This document shows, in pieces, positions 11,886 through 26,129 of a stretch of DNA of 64,000 nucleotides. Source of the stretch: Vicugna vicugna (lineage: Eukaryota); assembly GCA_013265495.1 (NCBI GenBank), contig MU058584.1:6166407-6230406 (forward strand). The letters run 5' to 3'. Positions within the stretch are counted from its first letter, which is position 1; the number at the start of each line of letters is the position of its first letter. The position numbers and the translations under genes are program-made. The notes beneath the pieces are model-generated. The model saw only the letters and a list, made by a program, of their open reading frames with translations. It searched no databases and was not told the DNA's origin.

Positions 11886-12514
11886 ATGGATTATTTTTGT
11901 GGACTGTGGGGACAGGGATAGAGACTGCCACGGGTTGCTGCAGAGATACAGAGGAAGCATGGTGACTGCTGAATCAGCTTCGAACTCTTCTGGTGCAAAA
12001 TCTCACCATGAAAAATCTGTCCCCAGTATCTTTGTCTGAATTCTGACCTTTTCAAATTCGACAGTGGGTCAGGTAGAAGACCCAAGTAAGAATAGAGAGT
12101 TAGGAAGATGCTCAGCCCCATGGGCAGGGGATGTGCCGTGTGGTCTGAGCTTGGCCACATCCTTGCAGAAATGGGGAAAGGGTATTTTCCCTCCCTTCGC
12201 ATCTTTGGTTACCTTATTTGTGTTGAAGGCTGAGAAGAATTTAGGAAACATTGAAATAGCCCACAGCTGAGAAGGAAAAAGCCTACTAAAACTTTCAGAG
12301 CAGGCTGTCTACTATTTTAGAGGCAAGAAACACCAGACAACTAAAGCATGCAGGGAACAAATAAAACCTGGAGGGCCTCTCTGTGTAATTCTAAGACTTG
12401 TTAATGACAACTTTCAAGCATTCTGGCACACCCAGACTTTTGGATTCTACCAGAAACATTGATAAAATCCCACTTCCCACCCTTTCCTGTTAGTGAAAAA
12501 AATAGATATGACTT

Positions 12515-12665
12515 TGATTTTTTTTTAAGATTCTGCATATAAGTGAGATCATATAGTATTTATCTTTCTTTGATTTATCTTACTTAGTATAACGTCCTCA
12601 AGGTTCATTCATTTTGCAAATGGCAGGATTTTCTTCCTTGGCTGAGCAATATCCCACTGTGCCTA
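12515..12665 (-). mobile_element. L1 fragment
   Basis: agattctgcatataagtgagatcatatagtatttatctttc...caaatggcaggattttcttcc. Confidence 0.8.
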
Positions 12666-13875
12666 GATACTTCTTCCTTCCCACCTTCCTTCCGTCTTTC
12701 TTTCGTTTCTTTCTTCCTTTTTTACCATTATGTCTTTAATGGCTAAATTGAGAAGTGATCATCTACAAATCTCTTTTATGGAAGATCTTATACTTCATAA
12801 GGGCATCTCCTAGTGGGTTTTCTTTTCTTTATAAATAAAAGACTAACTTGATCCAATATACTGTCTCAATCATTTCAAACTTACTGTTTAAATCTAGCCT
12901 ACAGTCCTCTGAAGACTCTCAGGTCAATTTTCAATTGACAAACAGTTCTAACATCTAGAATGGAGTCTGAAACAGTTCTATCCAACTATTTAAAAGACAA
13001 AAAGAAAGAAAAAAGATACTCAGCAAACATAAACACTTAGCTCTAAACAAATTTTTCTTTGAGAGTTCACAAGATCTTTGTTCTTCTTCAGGGCAAATTA
13101 ACTTGTACTCCGTTTTTCTTTTTGTAACAAGTAAGCCATTGGAAGTTCTTTGGGGGTTGAGCTCATAATGTAGGTCAAGAAATAAGTACCCTATTATATC
13201 AAGAACTAATAGAGTGTCTAGCCTTTGTCTTAGACTACCACACGTTTCACAACCCTACAACAATAAGCCACTAGATGTATTTCTGTAATAAAAAGGCACA
13301 GGCTGATTGATGACTGATTGCCTTATCTGAATCAACTGGCACCATTGTGGGAGCTATCAGGAGGGGAGAACCTGGGGCTGGCCATTACACCTCATATATC
13401 TTTTTAGTGAAATGTTCCTGTCAATTAGGTGAAAATGAGAACTCAAGCTCATAACCATAAAAACGTACCTATTGAGTCTGACCCCTGCTGAGCTTGGCAT
13501 TCACTTGTGGTCTAAATGTTGCTGGCATAATGGGCCATTCCCATTTCCAGATTAAGGGTTTTAATAAACTCCACCAACTAGTTGACTTAAGCAGGTGATG
13601 ATGAGTGTGGCTGCTTTGCTGCTTTGGTTGGATCAAGGAGGGCTCTGGGCTGTGGCTTTTGCCTGTGATCCCAAGAAGCATTCAACTGTGGGAGGACTCT
13701 GTGAGCTGTGATTTCCTAGACTGGTTTTCTGAGACATACAGAGAATTTGGAACAGTCATGTTTTTGGCATGGTCATGCTTGATTTTTGTCATCCCTGTTG
13801 AATTTATAAGCATTTATTGAGTTACCTGTTTACACAACACTTTACCAAGTGCTAAAGAAGGAGACTGGTGTAGGT

Positions 13876-14181
13876 CAGTGGTTCCCAATGTTTTTGAACA
13901 TGAGGACTCTCCTTTTAATGTTGTATTTTCTCAATCAGTAGCTAAGTTGTGTATAAAATGTCAAAAAAGCATCTATATATTTATTAATAATTTTAAAAGC
14001 TTTGTATTTTTAAAATAACAATCTATGTACTAGTTAATATATATGGTAGACATAGTATATAATAATGTTAATTTCTAGAAAATAAAGTCCGTGGGAACTG
14101 ATTCCTGTATTCCTTTAGCAAATTCATGATTATTCAAGGGTCCAAACATTGGCTCCAGTGTCTTCAAGTTAGGAAATACTG
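13876..14181. mobile_element. hAT-Charlie-type non-autonomous DNA transposon
   Basis: Imperfect terminal inverted repeats cagtggttcccaa ... ttaggaaatactg. Confidence 0.5.
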
Positions 14182-14399
14182 ATGTAACTCCGCAGGTGAA
14201 ACATACTACAATGCATAGTAATGGTGTTTATTGGATTTTTGACTTTTAGAAACAAAATTTGGGACTATGTAACTATTGTTCAATTCAGAGCCAAGTAGTA
14301 CACTAGTCCAATGTCACAATCTTGGTGTTACTGGAAGAAAAATGTTCCTGGTTAAAAGTTAAATAGCTTCTCTTTTCTTATACACCTTCCACATAAAAT

Positions 14400-16280
14400 T
14401 ATATCATATTTTGGTTTGCTTCATATCTTGATCATAACATTTTTATACTGTTGTATATTTTACTTGAGCCTTTCATGTCTTTTATTATTGTTGATTGAGG
14501 TTAAAAATATGTCTTCTTTAGAAAATCACTAATGTCTCCTTGCTTCTTACCTACTTCTGTCTATTGCCCAGAATCTAGTTCATTCTTCTTCCTGAAGATA
14601 TATATTTTTTTGAAGTCTATGTTTTCTGTTGTAATGTAAACTGATTTCTTCCTGGATCTGATAATAATTGTCATTTGGGGATTTCTTTTCATTGAATTCC
14701 TGGCTTAATTTCATTGTCTTTCAACACAGTGTCTTTCTTTTGATTTTAACCCTCATTTAACCTTCATGGAATATAGCTTCAAGAAACTTCTGAAGAATGA
14801 AAACATATGAGGGTAAATATTCTTTCACAGTTTGAATAGGTAACAAATTTTAGCCTCAAAATTATTTTGCCTCAAGATATTGATGGCACTGCTTCATTGT
14901 TTTCCAGTGTTTCTGATGAGGTCTGTGTTATAAGGGTTGCTGGATAAAATATAAGATGCCAGAAAATTTTAAATTTAAGATAATCAACAGTTTTTCAGTG
15001 TATGTCCCATGCAGTGTGTGATATTTCAAGCATACTTATACTAATAAATTATCCATTGATTATCTGAAATTCAAAACTAATTGCATATTCTATATTTTTG
15101 TTTGTTAAATCTGTTAACCCTACTTGAAGGTCAACAAAATTTTTTCCACTAAATAACTTAATGATATTCTTATTACTCTTTGTGTTTTGAAGTTTTCTAA
15201 AGATATGTATAAAAGTGACTTCAACTATTGGTATTTTTGAAACCATCTTGCTCAATACTTTTGGACTTCATAATCTCTTTCAGCTCTGCGAAATTTTCTT
15301 CTATTATTTCTCTAATGATTTTCTTCCTCCATTTTCTGTTTCTGTATGAATCCTAGTTAGCTTGATGTTGGGCCTTCTGAATCATAGCTGTAATCTTTTT
15401 ACTTCTATTTTCCATATCTATCTTTTCCTTTATGTCCTGAAAAGTTTACTCAATGTTATATTCCAAAGTTCTCAATAATCAAAGTTTTCATTTCTAAGAA
15501 TTCTTAATTATTCTTTAAATTATTATTGGTATCTTACCTTTGATTTATGGATGCACCAGTTCTCACATCTCTTCAAGGGTATGAGTTTTTTATTTAGTTT
15601 TGGTTTAAATTGTCATTCATTTCCTGGATTACTTTTATTTCTTTTGGGGTCAGTCCTGATTATCTCTATCTTTGTCTTTCAGAATGCCATTTTACCCCAT
15701 TGTGTTTGGAAATCATTATTTATCCATAGTTAGGAATGAAGGACAGGGTAATGGAGAAGATTTCCTCTGTCATATACCTCTCCACTGAATAGAAAGGATG
15801 ACAAGAAGCACTACATGTGCAGGTAGATCTTACCAGACTCTGATGAATGTGAGCAGATGAGGCACTTGGAATCCTCTATATGCCAGAATGAGTAGAGTTA
15901 TAGATCCCAATACTAACTGATACAGTTCTCCTAGGCAATTAATGATTTTGTTTAAGAGAAGAGACGTATTTACCTTCCTAGGATTATAGCTGTGCTTCTT
16001 GTTTCTTTTGGGAGGGTGCATTGGTCACCTCATCAGTTGACCTGTACACAATTTTTTTTTATTAACTCGTACTTCCTTTTGCAACAGTCCTGAGCTGCAA
16101 ATTCTTTAGCTTTGTTCCATCTGCTTTCTGTCTTGCAGAAATATGTCAAAATCATGAATCCATTGGGGGCTCCTCATTTTTTTCACTGTTATGTGTTGAG
16201 TTTATTAAATCAATTATTGGGGAGTACTGGGGAGGAGGGAGGACAAATGCATGTATTCAGCTTGCAGTCTTGAACTGGAA
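14400..16280 (-). mobile_element. Ancient L1M fragments, interrupted by MER53
   Basis: Long T-rich degenerate antisense L1 (ttcagctctgcgaaattttcttctattatttc...). Confidence 0.55.
14932..15122. mobile_element. MER53 (hAT MITE, palindromic)
   Basis: agggttgctggataaaat...tatgtcccatgca...catacttatact...tatctgaaattcaaa...aaatctgttaacccta. Confidence 0.85.
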
Positions 16281-16839
16281 GTTCCTCCCTTTCGTCTCAC
16301 TTTCTATCAATTCCTCCTAAATGGCCTCTAATTAAAATATTTTGTATCTTCAAGGGTGCCTTTTGGTTTACAAAACACAGTTAAATGCATACTCACCCCT
16401 CAGAAGTGGGAACACACGTTTTTCTAAAAATAAATGCCTTAAAATAATACCTCACACCTTTTATGAAATAGTGAAATGACATAGTATATATGAATGTCCC
16501 TGGTACACTACCTGCTTCAGAATAGTTGCTCAATAAGTATTATATCTCTTTTTATTATTTTATTTTCAGAAGATAGGGCTCAAGCACATATTCTGTAATG
16601 TTGGTACAAAGAGATATATGGATAGGCATTGCTTTAAAAAGGGAATCCATAACCTAAAATAACCATCCCTAACTTAACCTGTGATTAGAAATAAAGATTA
16701 ATGATTAAATTCTCATAAAATATTTGGAGCTCAAAGAAAAAATTCACTATGAAACTTGTGACATTCTTTATTCTACTGAAGCAAACATTGTTCAAATTTT
16801 TAAAAATATATGTCAAGCTATTCCTTAATTAAACTCTAG

Positions 16840-17010
16840 GGTTATTAACTCATGAAAATGCCACATGATTGTGATTTATACATGAGATATTTGAAGATCA
16901 TAGAGATTAGGAAGTTTACCCAAGGTTACATAACAAGTAGGTCACTAAGCCAGAGCTCAAACCCAGATATTCTGACTTCAAACTAATACCCTTTTCTCCA
17001 CAGCACAAAT
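16840..17010 (-). mobile_element. MIR SINE
   Basis: agagattaggaagtttacccaaggttacataacaagtagg...agagctcaaacccagatattctgactt. Confidence 0.7.
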
Positions 17011-17070
17011 TTTCAGGCTTCTAAGAGAAAATTCAATGCATGATAAGATTTTATTTATTCTGTCATTTAA

Positions 17071-17301
<231 letters not shown>

Positions 17302-17819
17302 TGAGGAGGAGGCAAAGTCCTTGCAAATATTGAGCTCACATGCTTCTATTTGTCACTTAAGTCATATTAAAGCCATATGGCTCAGCCAAGAGTTTAGCGT
17401 GAAAGCCTGTTTTAAGATGTTCTGAAAGGATGGGTCACATCAAATGACTGGTTTCTCCCACTTGGCATTTCATCCTCCTAGCACCGGCTAATTTTTCATG
17501 CTTCAGGGAAGGTGAGCTAGCAGTGTCAATGTTACAATTTGGGGATTAAGAAGACAGTTCTTTCAGAACCTCATCGGCAGTTGACACGCAGATGATTGAT
17601 GAGATCATGCCATTTGGGATCTTGGGGTGATTTACTGATTCCTTGTATTAAAAATTCAGTGTAGTAAAAATGTAGGCTTATGTTTGGTTTAAAAATGGTA
17701 AATGTAGTAGAATCTCTTTATATTATTTTATATATAGTTCAGACATTGCCTTGAGAGTATGATCTCTTTGTAGACTTCTTGTTTGGGTCCACCTCCTTAC
17801 CTCCAGATCATATGGAGAT

Positions 17820-18050
17820 AGTATAGTGTAGGGGCTAAAATTTTGAGCTCAGGGTTCACATGGTTCTTCTACTTACTGTATAAGCAACCTTGGGCTTATT
17901 TCTTAAATGCTTTAAGCCTCACTTTTCTTACCTGTGACTAAGGCATAGCTCCAGAACCTAGCTCATAGGATAATGTGAAGCTCAAATGAGATAATATGTG
18001 TCAAGTGCTTACATTAGTGCACATAATTATTACCAATAAATCTAACTTAT
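17820..18050 (+). mobile_element. MIR SINE
   Basis: accttgggcttatttcttaaatgctttaagcctcacttttcttacctgtg...aaatgagataatatgtgtcaagtgctt. Confidence 0.8.
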
Positions 18051-18539
18051 TGCTATTTCTAGTAATAACAGGCTTTCACAAAGTGCATTTGTTGTACTTT
18101 AAGATACTTCATTTAATTGTTAGAATAGACAACCCACATAATAAAGCTGCTGTTGGTGCTACTGAAGACAAAGTCCTGACTAGCTAACAGGTTTTGTTCC
18201 AATTCATTATGAAGTTGTTTTTTTGTTTTGAAATTTGGAGCCCATTTATTCTAATAAAGGAAACATTATAAATATTATAAATATTTGGGGTCAAGACTTC
18301 AACCTACTTAGAAGTATATTAAGAATACCCCTAGTGTTTGAGGTAAGGCTCACTTCACATCCAGTCTCCCTGGAGCACCCAGTGCTGGAGTACAGAAAAT
18401 AGGATCAGAGGGGAGCAAGCCTTGGAGCCAAAGTGTCTGGGTATCAGTTGCAGCCATAAGGGACTGTGGAGCTGGGGATAATGACTGGGGCTGTTTATGG
18501 GTCAGGTTAACCCAGAATATTTTTAAATCAGTATTGCTG

Positions 18540-18790
18540 ACTGATTTCACTGAACACTTTTTCTGAGCTCGTCAGTCACTCTCATAAGCACTTTAGAAGC
18601 ACCGTCTCGTTTACGCTTCATAATAATTCTGGGAGGCAAGTACTATTACTATCCTTGTTTTCACAGTTGTGGAAACTGAGGCTTGGAGAGGTTAAGTAAG
18701 TTGTCAGGGTTACACAGCTGGTACGAGACAAAGCCGGGACTTAAGCGCAGCCAGGTCTGTCTGACACTACACTCCCTGCTCTTAACCACG
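18540..18790 (-). mobile_element. MIR SINE
   Basis: ttttcacagttgtggaaactgaggcttggagaggttaagtaagttgtcagggttacacagctgg. Confidence 0.85.
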
Positions 18791-20717
18791 GCATGTTTTT
18801 TCCATTTGCCTCATGAAACAGAAAAAAAAAAATCCCTCTTCTTTTTTTTTTTCTGTGGACCACAGACATCAACTCTCCTCCAATCTGGCCGAGAGCAACC
18901 CCTCCTGCTTGCCTGGTGGTGAGGCCGACTTTGATCCCAATGCATTTCAGAAGCTTAGTTAGTAATCCAGCTGTCTTGTCACTCCGTGTGGAATGCCAGG
19001 CTGACCACAGGGATGCTGGTCAGACAGAGCCCATACACACGCCCACGGACCTGGGAAAGGAAACAGCCTTGTGCTTGCATATTTATGTTGGAAAAGAGCA
19101 GCCTGCTCTTTTCAAACAAATATAAGGAGTCCTTCTTAGTAGACAAGGCTCATTGTGAAGCTGTGACCTCTAACTAAGTCCAAACATGGTCTTTTTAAAG
19201 AAATGATATTTTGGTACTCTGACCTTAATAATATCCTAAATTGGTATCCAGGTCAAGAGACGAGGAGTTAGGGAATACGAGTATCTGACGTGATTTATCC
19301 TTATGTCAACTGGCAAAAAGGCAGACTGTTTAATTTAAAGTTTTGTTTTCCTTTCAACACTTAGGGACATGGGACAGTGGGAAAAAGTATTTAAACTTGT
19401 TGCAAATGGGTTTACTTTAGCAAATAAACAAATGATACCACAATGATGTCAATGGCCTGATAACTCATTCAGTTTTAGCTTCCTATTGGGGAAAGTAACC
19501 ATTTATAAAAAGTAATCAGTATCTGATGGCATTGATCTTTCGACATTGTTCAGAGATTGGATGACTGAAATATCTAGGTCTCACTTGTTGTAGTTCATGT
19601 TTTTTATAAAATGGCATTTAGTACTTTCATTTTAGTTTTAAACTCAACTGGAATAAACCAAAGATAATGTTCTTCAAAACAAAATATACAGACAGGCTCA
19701 AAACTAAAATGAAATTCCTAAGAGAATTGTTTAATATGAACTCATAATTATGAGGATAACATAATAAATGAACATGAAAATAACAAAACATCTTGTTTTG
19801 AAATCACACATTGCATGGAGTTCTGGTCGCATTCATGGAAGGGCATTAAATTTCAATCCAATCACAGTTACAGGCAGCTGTGGTGTCCAAGAGGCTAGAG
19901 ATGTTGTCCCTGAGATCAGTCTTTAAATAACCCTTCTCAGAGGAGCTGCATGTGAATGAGAGAACGTGGAAGCAGCTCGGTGCCAGGATATGAAGTCAGC
20001 GCCAACTCTGTGGAGTAACATGGAAAAGAGAGCTGGGCAGTGGTGGTGAGAGGCCAAGGTACACAGGGTTTGAGTGAAAGGCATCTTTTGTATTTGTAAA
20101 TAACTGTTGTTTCAAAGAATAGCTGCAGTCAAATATCACACATCTAAATGCGTGAAAAATACACTCACCTCGCTGGGCCTCAGTTTTTTTGGAAAAGTAG
20201 GGGAATTAGATATGAATGGTTTAAAAATGGTGGGCGAAATCCTTTAAAGGCTTTTTGGGAGAATGACAGGAAGGCTGAGCGGGTGAGGCCCTGCCTCCCT
20301 TTAACCGGAGCAGCTTCATATTTATTTGCTCATTGAAAAAAGAGGTGCTCAGCTGTTATAACCTTGAAATCCTCTAGCATAGATCGCTGAGGTCTTAGGT
20401 TAATTATTCCATGATTCAGCGTCTAAAACCACATCCTACAATGATGTGAGCAACGTGATCAATAGAGGCTTTGGGGCCAAATAATAAGAAAAAATTGTGA
20501 TGAGAATCTTTTTTTGGCACACAGATTTCTACTAAAGTCATTTTCAGTAGCTTAAAATAATTTCCCTATTCTTTCCCTATCTTGTTCATATTATGAATTT
20601 ACTTACAAGATGCTTCTTTTATGGCCTTCACAACAGAAACCTTTAGCCTACGCTCTTTTTATGAATTAGTTTAGTTTAAATTATAATATCTGAATGACGG
20701 AAGGAGCATAGTGTAAG

Positions 20718-20900
20718 TAGGAATGGCAAACACATGGCACACATACTACCACCTCCCCTTCCTATACTCAAGGCAGACATCACTAGTCAATCATAGGCCT
20801 CTTCCTGATATGTCTGAATGAAGCCTTAGAATTCTTCACAACATAGCTTTAGGCAGACATTACCAAGGGAATCAGACCTGGCACTCAAGGTGACAGCCCT
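20718..20900. mobile_element. MER102-like hAT element
   Basis: ggaatggcaaacacatggcacacat...ggcagacatcactagtcaatca...ttagaattcttcacaacatagc. Confidence 0.6.
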
Positions 20901-22214
20901 ACGACAGAACTGGTTTTGGAGTCACATAGTTCCCTGTTCAAATTCTACTTCTGCCACTAGCTGTGTACTAAGTGTCCTCATCTCCTAATTGGAGGAGAAT
21001 CCTCATCTTGTGGAATTTTTTGATTATTATAGTTGCAAAGAGCTTGGTACATATAAGCATGCATTATCAGGGTTATTATTATTTCCTTTGAAAAGAAGTT
21101 ACAGTTGCTTCACTTTTTGTTCATTGTACCTTTCTGGCTGTAAAGAAGCCCTTTTGAGTGGACTGGAGAGCAGCATTTCTGATGTTTCCTTCTGTTCAAA
21201 CTTCACCTTTTTGATCCTTAGCCAAGGTTTTCTATTTTATTTTTTTAATCCTTCTTTCCTGAGAAATCAAGAGCAGGCTTTTGCCTTAAGACCTTGACTG
21301 ACAACTTCAAGTATCTTGTTACTGTACTTTCTAGCATAAAACCTATTCAACAGCAATTCCAATTCTGACCAAATAATTTAGACCAGCTGAATCTTTATAC
21401 ACACATCTATGTACACACATACATGTCATAGCTATATACTGGTCATGTATGCATACATGTGCATACATGTATATATTATTTTATAGAAGCAAGTTCGAGA
21501 AAGTTTTCATTGGCTGATTTCCTCCCACCTCTACCACCTACACATCTTTCACCTCCAGTTAATTTAATGCACAGACCTACTTAAAAAATTGCTCAGGGCT
21601 TTTGAGCCCAGTAAATCATGTCGTTTCTGGTACAAAAGCAGAAAACAATTTTTAGCATAAAAAGACGAGGAGACTTTGCTGTAACAACCTTTTATCCCCA
21701 TGAATGTGTTGTATGCCATCAGGGCTGAATTTGAAGGAAAATCCTGGGCTGGGACTGAAACAGTTATCATGCTCTCAGCTCAGGTCCTAAACATTACCTT
21801 CCACACAAGAAGCATAGATAATTCAGAGCCCCAGAATCAGTTTTGAAAAAAACAAACAGAAAATTTCAGTCATCCCAATATGAATTGAAATGTTCTCACT
21901 GCATGCATTTGGCAAGTAATTTTAAAACCCAGGAAGGGCCTCACTGCTCTGCTCTTGCTCTGTTTGTTAAACAAGGCAGTAAGCTACAGTGCAGGTCCAT
22001 TTCGTTTGTGGGTTTGTTTACAGTTAACAAAGTTCAATTTTCATAGGGCTTTCAATGGCCCACTTTTTAGAGAAAATTACCAAGTTTTGAAACCTTAGAT
22101 ATTATTTTTTAAAATCTTATTTTGAAATTCTTTTAAAGACCTATAGTTGGATAAAAGAAAGAAGGCAAAAGCTAGGTATGTCTGGATATTTTTTGAAAAA
22201 AAATAATTGGATAC

Positions 22215-22656
<442 letters not shown>

Positions 22657-23051
22657 TAGTCCTGCATGGCGTTGCATCTGCCCTTCTGCCCTTCCCAGCT
22701 AGAGAAGACAATACCTGGGGCTAATTTCAGGGTCTGTGGAGATGGAGCAAAGACACAAAGGGAGATCTGGCTACAGTTGTGCTTAGAACAGTTCGTTAGC
22801 CTTAGGTCTCGTGGGAACGCTCCCAAAGCTCTGGTCCTCTGGATTTCTCCCCTAATATCCTCGGAACGATTTCCATCCTGAGGGGTGGAGTGCCTTTGGA
22901 CCAACTGAAATCCTAGAGGAAACTTAAATATTTGAAAAACTTTAAAAAGTGGGGCCAAAAAAAGTTCATCCCCATTTATTGGCAAGACTAGACTTTCTTA
23001 GTTTTAAATCTCCAGGAAATGAGACAGCAGTGAATTAGATTTTGGTCTGAG

Positions 23052-23106
23052 TGTGTGTGTGCGCGTGGGTGTGTGTATGTGTACGTGTGTGTGCGCGTGC
23101 GTGTGT
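23052..23106. repeat. Imperfect (TG)n/(CG) microsatellite in intron 3
   Basis: gtgtgtgtgtgcgcgtgggtgtgtgtatgtgtacgtgtgtgtgcgcgtgcgtgtg. Confidence 0.9.
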
Positions 23107-23374
23107 AGGAGACACGGAGGAGTGACAATACAGCTGGGTTGTCCAGGGGACATGGAGGGAACCCAAGGGATGGCCAATAGTTTGTCTTGTGCCTGGGAGG
23201 TAGATAGACTAGACAGAAGAGAATCTATTTTATTGAGAGTGCACTAATTCCCCTCAGAGAGGGTACCTGTCCTCTTACCTAAATTCTCAAGGCCTCCTGC
23301 AGTAAAACAATTCAGGCTGTTAAATAATCCGTGAAAGAGTGAACAAGCAGGCTCCTGATTTTTTTACCTTGTGA

Positions 23375-23725
<351 letters not shown>

Positions 23726-23990
23726 CCAGCAGTGGGAGGGAACGGCCACATTACACAGAGGTGCTTTGGGAAGAGGTGCTCTGCTCTGAGGTGCCCCCTT
23801 GTAACTGATGGAGGAATGAAGGGGAGGGAGGCAATGCATGTCTGGAAATGATTGATGTAATTTGTACCAGTTTCCACTAATTATATAAGTACACGCACAC
23901 GGTCTGTGGATTTTCCAAAAGATACATGGAGTGTGACATCAGGAAAAATGCTTTAAGAAACTGCTTATATACACTGAAACTGTACAAGGG

Positions 23991-24020
23991 CACACACACA
24001 CACACATACACACACACACA
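23991..24020. repeat. (CA)n microsatellite downstream of the stop codon
   Basis: cacacacacacacacatacacacacacaca. Confidence 0.95.
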
Positions 24021-24582
24021 AACCAGAAAAGGGAGCAATGTTCACAAAATCTAAACTGCCTTGGTCTCTGAAGATTTGCATTATAGATTAGTTAAATCTA
24101 TAATGAGGTGAGGTAAAATCTAGACCACCTTTCTTGCCCTCATGCTAGATACATTATATTTCCTTCCTCTTTGGGAATACTACCGTCTTAGACAAAAATC
24201 TCCCCCCAATTAAGAAGGCACCAGTCAAAATAATTTTATAAAAACAAGTCCGTTACTTAATTTTGTCTTTAGCTTTAGCAGAAAAAGTGTATGGTTTCAC
24301 TTTCTACTTGGGGTCAGTTTCACCACCCAGTGAGGTAATATGGATGTAATTTGATAACAGAAGTCTGCATTTCAGTGATGAGGAAATGTCTCCTTCCAGG
24401 GGAAACTGTTTTACCCTTGAAATTTCAGCTGTGAACATATAAGTAAATGTCATTGATAATCTAACTTTAGCTATTGGCTTCCAACACAACTTGCTTCATT
24501 GCAGCTGCTCCTGTTTCCTTGATTGATATGAACGTACCTTGGAAAGAGAAGGGAAATGATAAACCTGAAAACTGAACTAAGG

Positions 24583-24655
24583 TTTAGTGAAAAGTAAAGA
24601 AGCCCTTTTGAGTGGACTGGAGAGCAGCATTTCTGATGTTTTTAGTGAAAAGTAA
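24583..24655 (+). repeat. Dispersed 48-bp duplicate of 21140-21187 flanked by a 15-bp direct repeat
   Basis: 24594-24641 is identical to 21140-21187. tttagtgaaaagtaa occurs at 24583-24597 and 24641-24655. Confidence 0.97.
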
Positions 24656-25082
24656 TCTAAAAATCTTCCCCAAACAAAAATGCAACTTAATTTCTATTAG
24701 CAGAATGTTTGAACATAACTGCTACTGTATTTAAAACATTCTAATATCTTTGTTGTGCTGAAGAACCTGCTTGTGTTTTGATATATATTGAGTCTTCTAT
24801 GAAATGCCATCAATGTAAGAATGTCTGTTGGATGGATATGCTGTCACCATAAATATCATATTTGGAAGTCATCACTCTAACTTGGGAGGAAAATAATTAT
24901 TATATAACATTTACTACCTTGATGTAACATTGCCTGGGTAGTTTCATTTATATCCTGGAAAATTATGTCCCTTACTTTGCCACGGGCACCTTCCAGCCGC
25001 AGTATGCCACTCACAATGCTCTAGGGGCACGTAACAGAACGGGAATTAGAACCACTGGTGAAGAAGCCAGAGACAAGAATTA

Positions 25083-25088
25083 AATAAA
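25083..25088 (+). terminator. Candidate NTMT2 polyadenylation signal AATAAA
   Basis: First canonical AATAAA I found after the stop codon (overlaps ATTAAA at 25079-25084). Use is unverified. Confidence 0.35.
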
Positions 25089-25859
25089 ATGGTGACTCAC
25101 TTACCAAACAGACCAAGTGAGGCAAAGCAAGGCTACTCATGTTTGCATCCTCTGTGTCTTGGAGCAAATCAACTGAATCCTCTTGGGCCTGTCCCAGGCA
25201 TTTTGTTTCTTTTACACTAGCACCTGTATTCGCTCACTTCTTGACTTTCTGCTCTGCCAATATTCACATGCTGACTGACATAACTGTCCATCTTCTCTGC
25301 TCCAGGGTTCCTGAGCTTAAGGAGGAAATAACGTAATTGTCCTAGGAACATGGATATACGATCTTTGACTCAGTTGAGCCTTTGAGGTTGATCAGCAGTC
25401 CCTTTTCTTAAGCCAAGTCATTTTCCATTCTTCTTAGACATTTTCCAGGTCTCTATTGCTCCACAAAGTTTCCCAACTCTATACCTATCCTTAATTTAAT
25501 TGAGAAAGTAGAGATTGGGGGGTAAATTATACCGATATCCTCCCTGTATACAAGTTAATAATTAGTACAAGGTAAAGGGAAGAGTAGCTTGAGAGGTGAG
25601 GCCCTTGGAGCCAGATCATGCCGCCTAATAGGTTATGTTAAGGGTTGGATGTGTTACTCAAAGCACAAGGGAAAGATCTTCAGGTTGCAAGTAAGAGACT
25701 GATTTTTCCGGTCCTCTCAGTAGAGTCACAGATGCTCGTAGAAGGAAGACATGCAGGGTGAGACCTACTCCAGCCATCTTCAGTCTGATGCAGTAAGTCA
25801 AACACATTGCTGATGTTTGTCAACACATCTGTGTTGTGTCGCTTAGGTGACAGTCTGCA

Positions 25860-26042
25860 TTATTTCCTAAATTCTGTCCCTAGTCCAACTGCGCCGGAAT
25901 CATTTGGAGGGATTTTATAAAATAGAGGATTCCCTGGCTCTGTCCACATGAAAGTCTGATTTTGTGAAATGGGATCAAATAATTTATATTTTCAATAAGG
26001 TCTCAAGTGGCTTCTGATCATTAGTTTTGTTTGAGGATACTG
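25860..26042. mobile_element. MER5-like hAT-Charlie element
   Basis: ggaatcatttggagggattttataaaatagaggattccctggctc...atattttcaataaggtctcaagtggcttctgat...gtttgaggatactg. Confidence 0.6.
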
Positions 26043-26129
26043 ATGGGGAAAGGGGGGTGGAGCTGGGCTTTGTAGAGTCAGAGGAAGATAGGGCAGGTAA
26101 GAATGTGGGCAAGTAATTAGAAGGTGAAA

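Noticed and set aside
24583..24655. Repeat-spacer-repeat layout with a 'spacer' matching elsewhere, superficially CRISPR-like
   Set aside because: Only two 15-bp repeats, mammalian context and no cas genes. Better explained as a templated insertion (reported as a finding).
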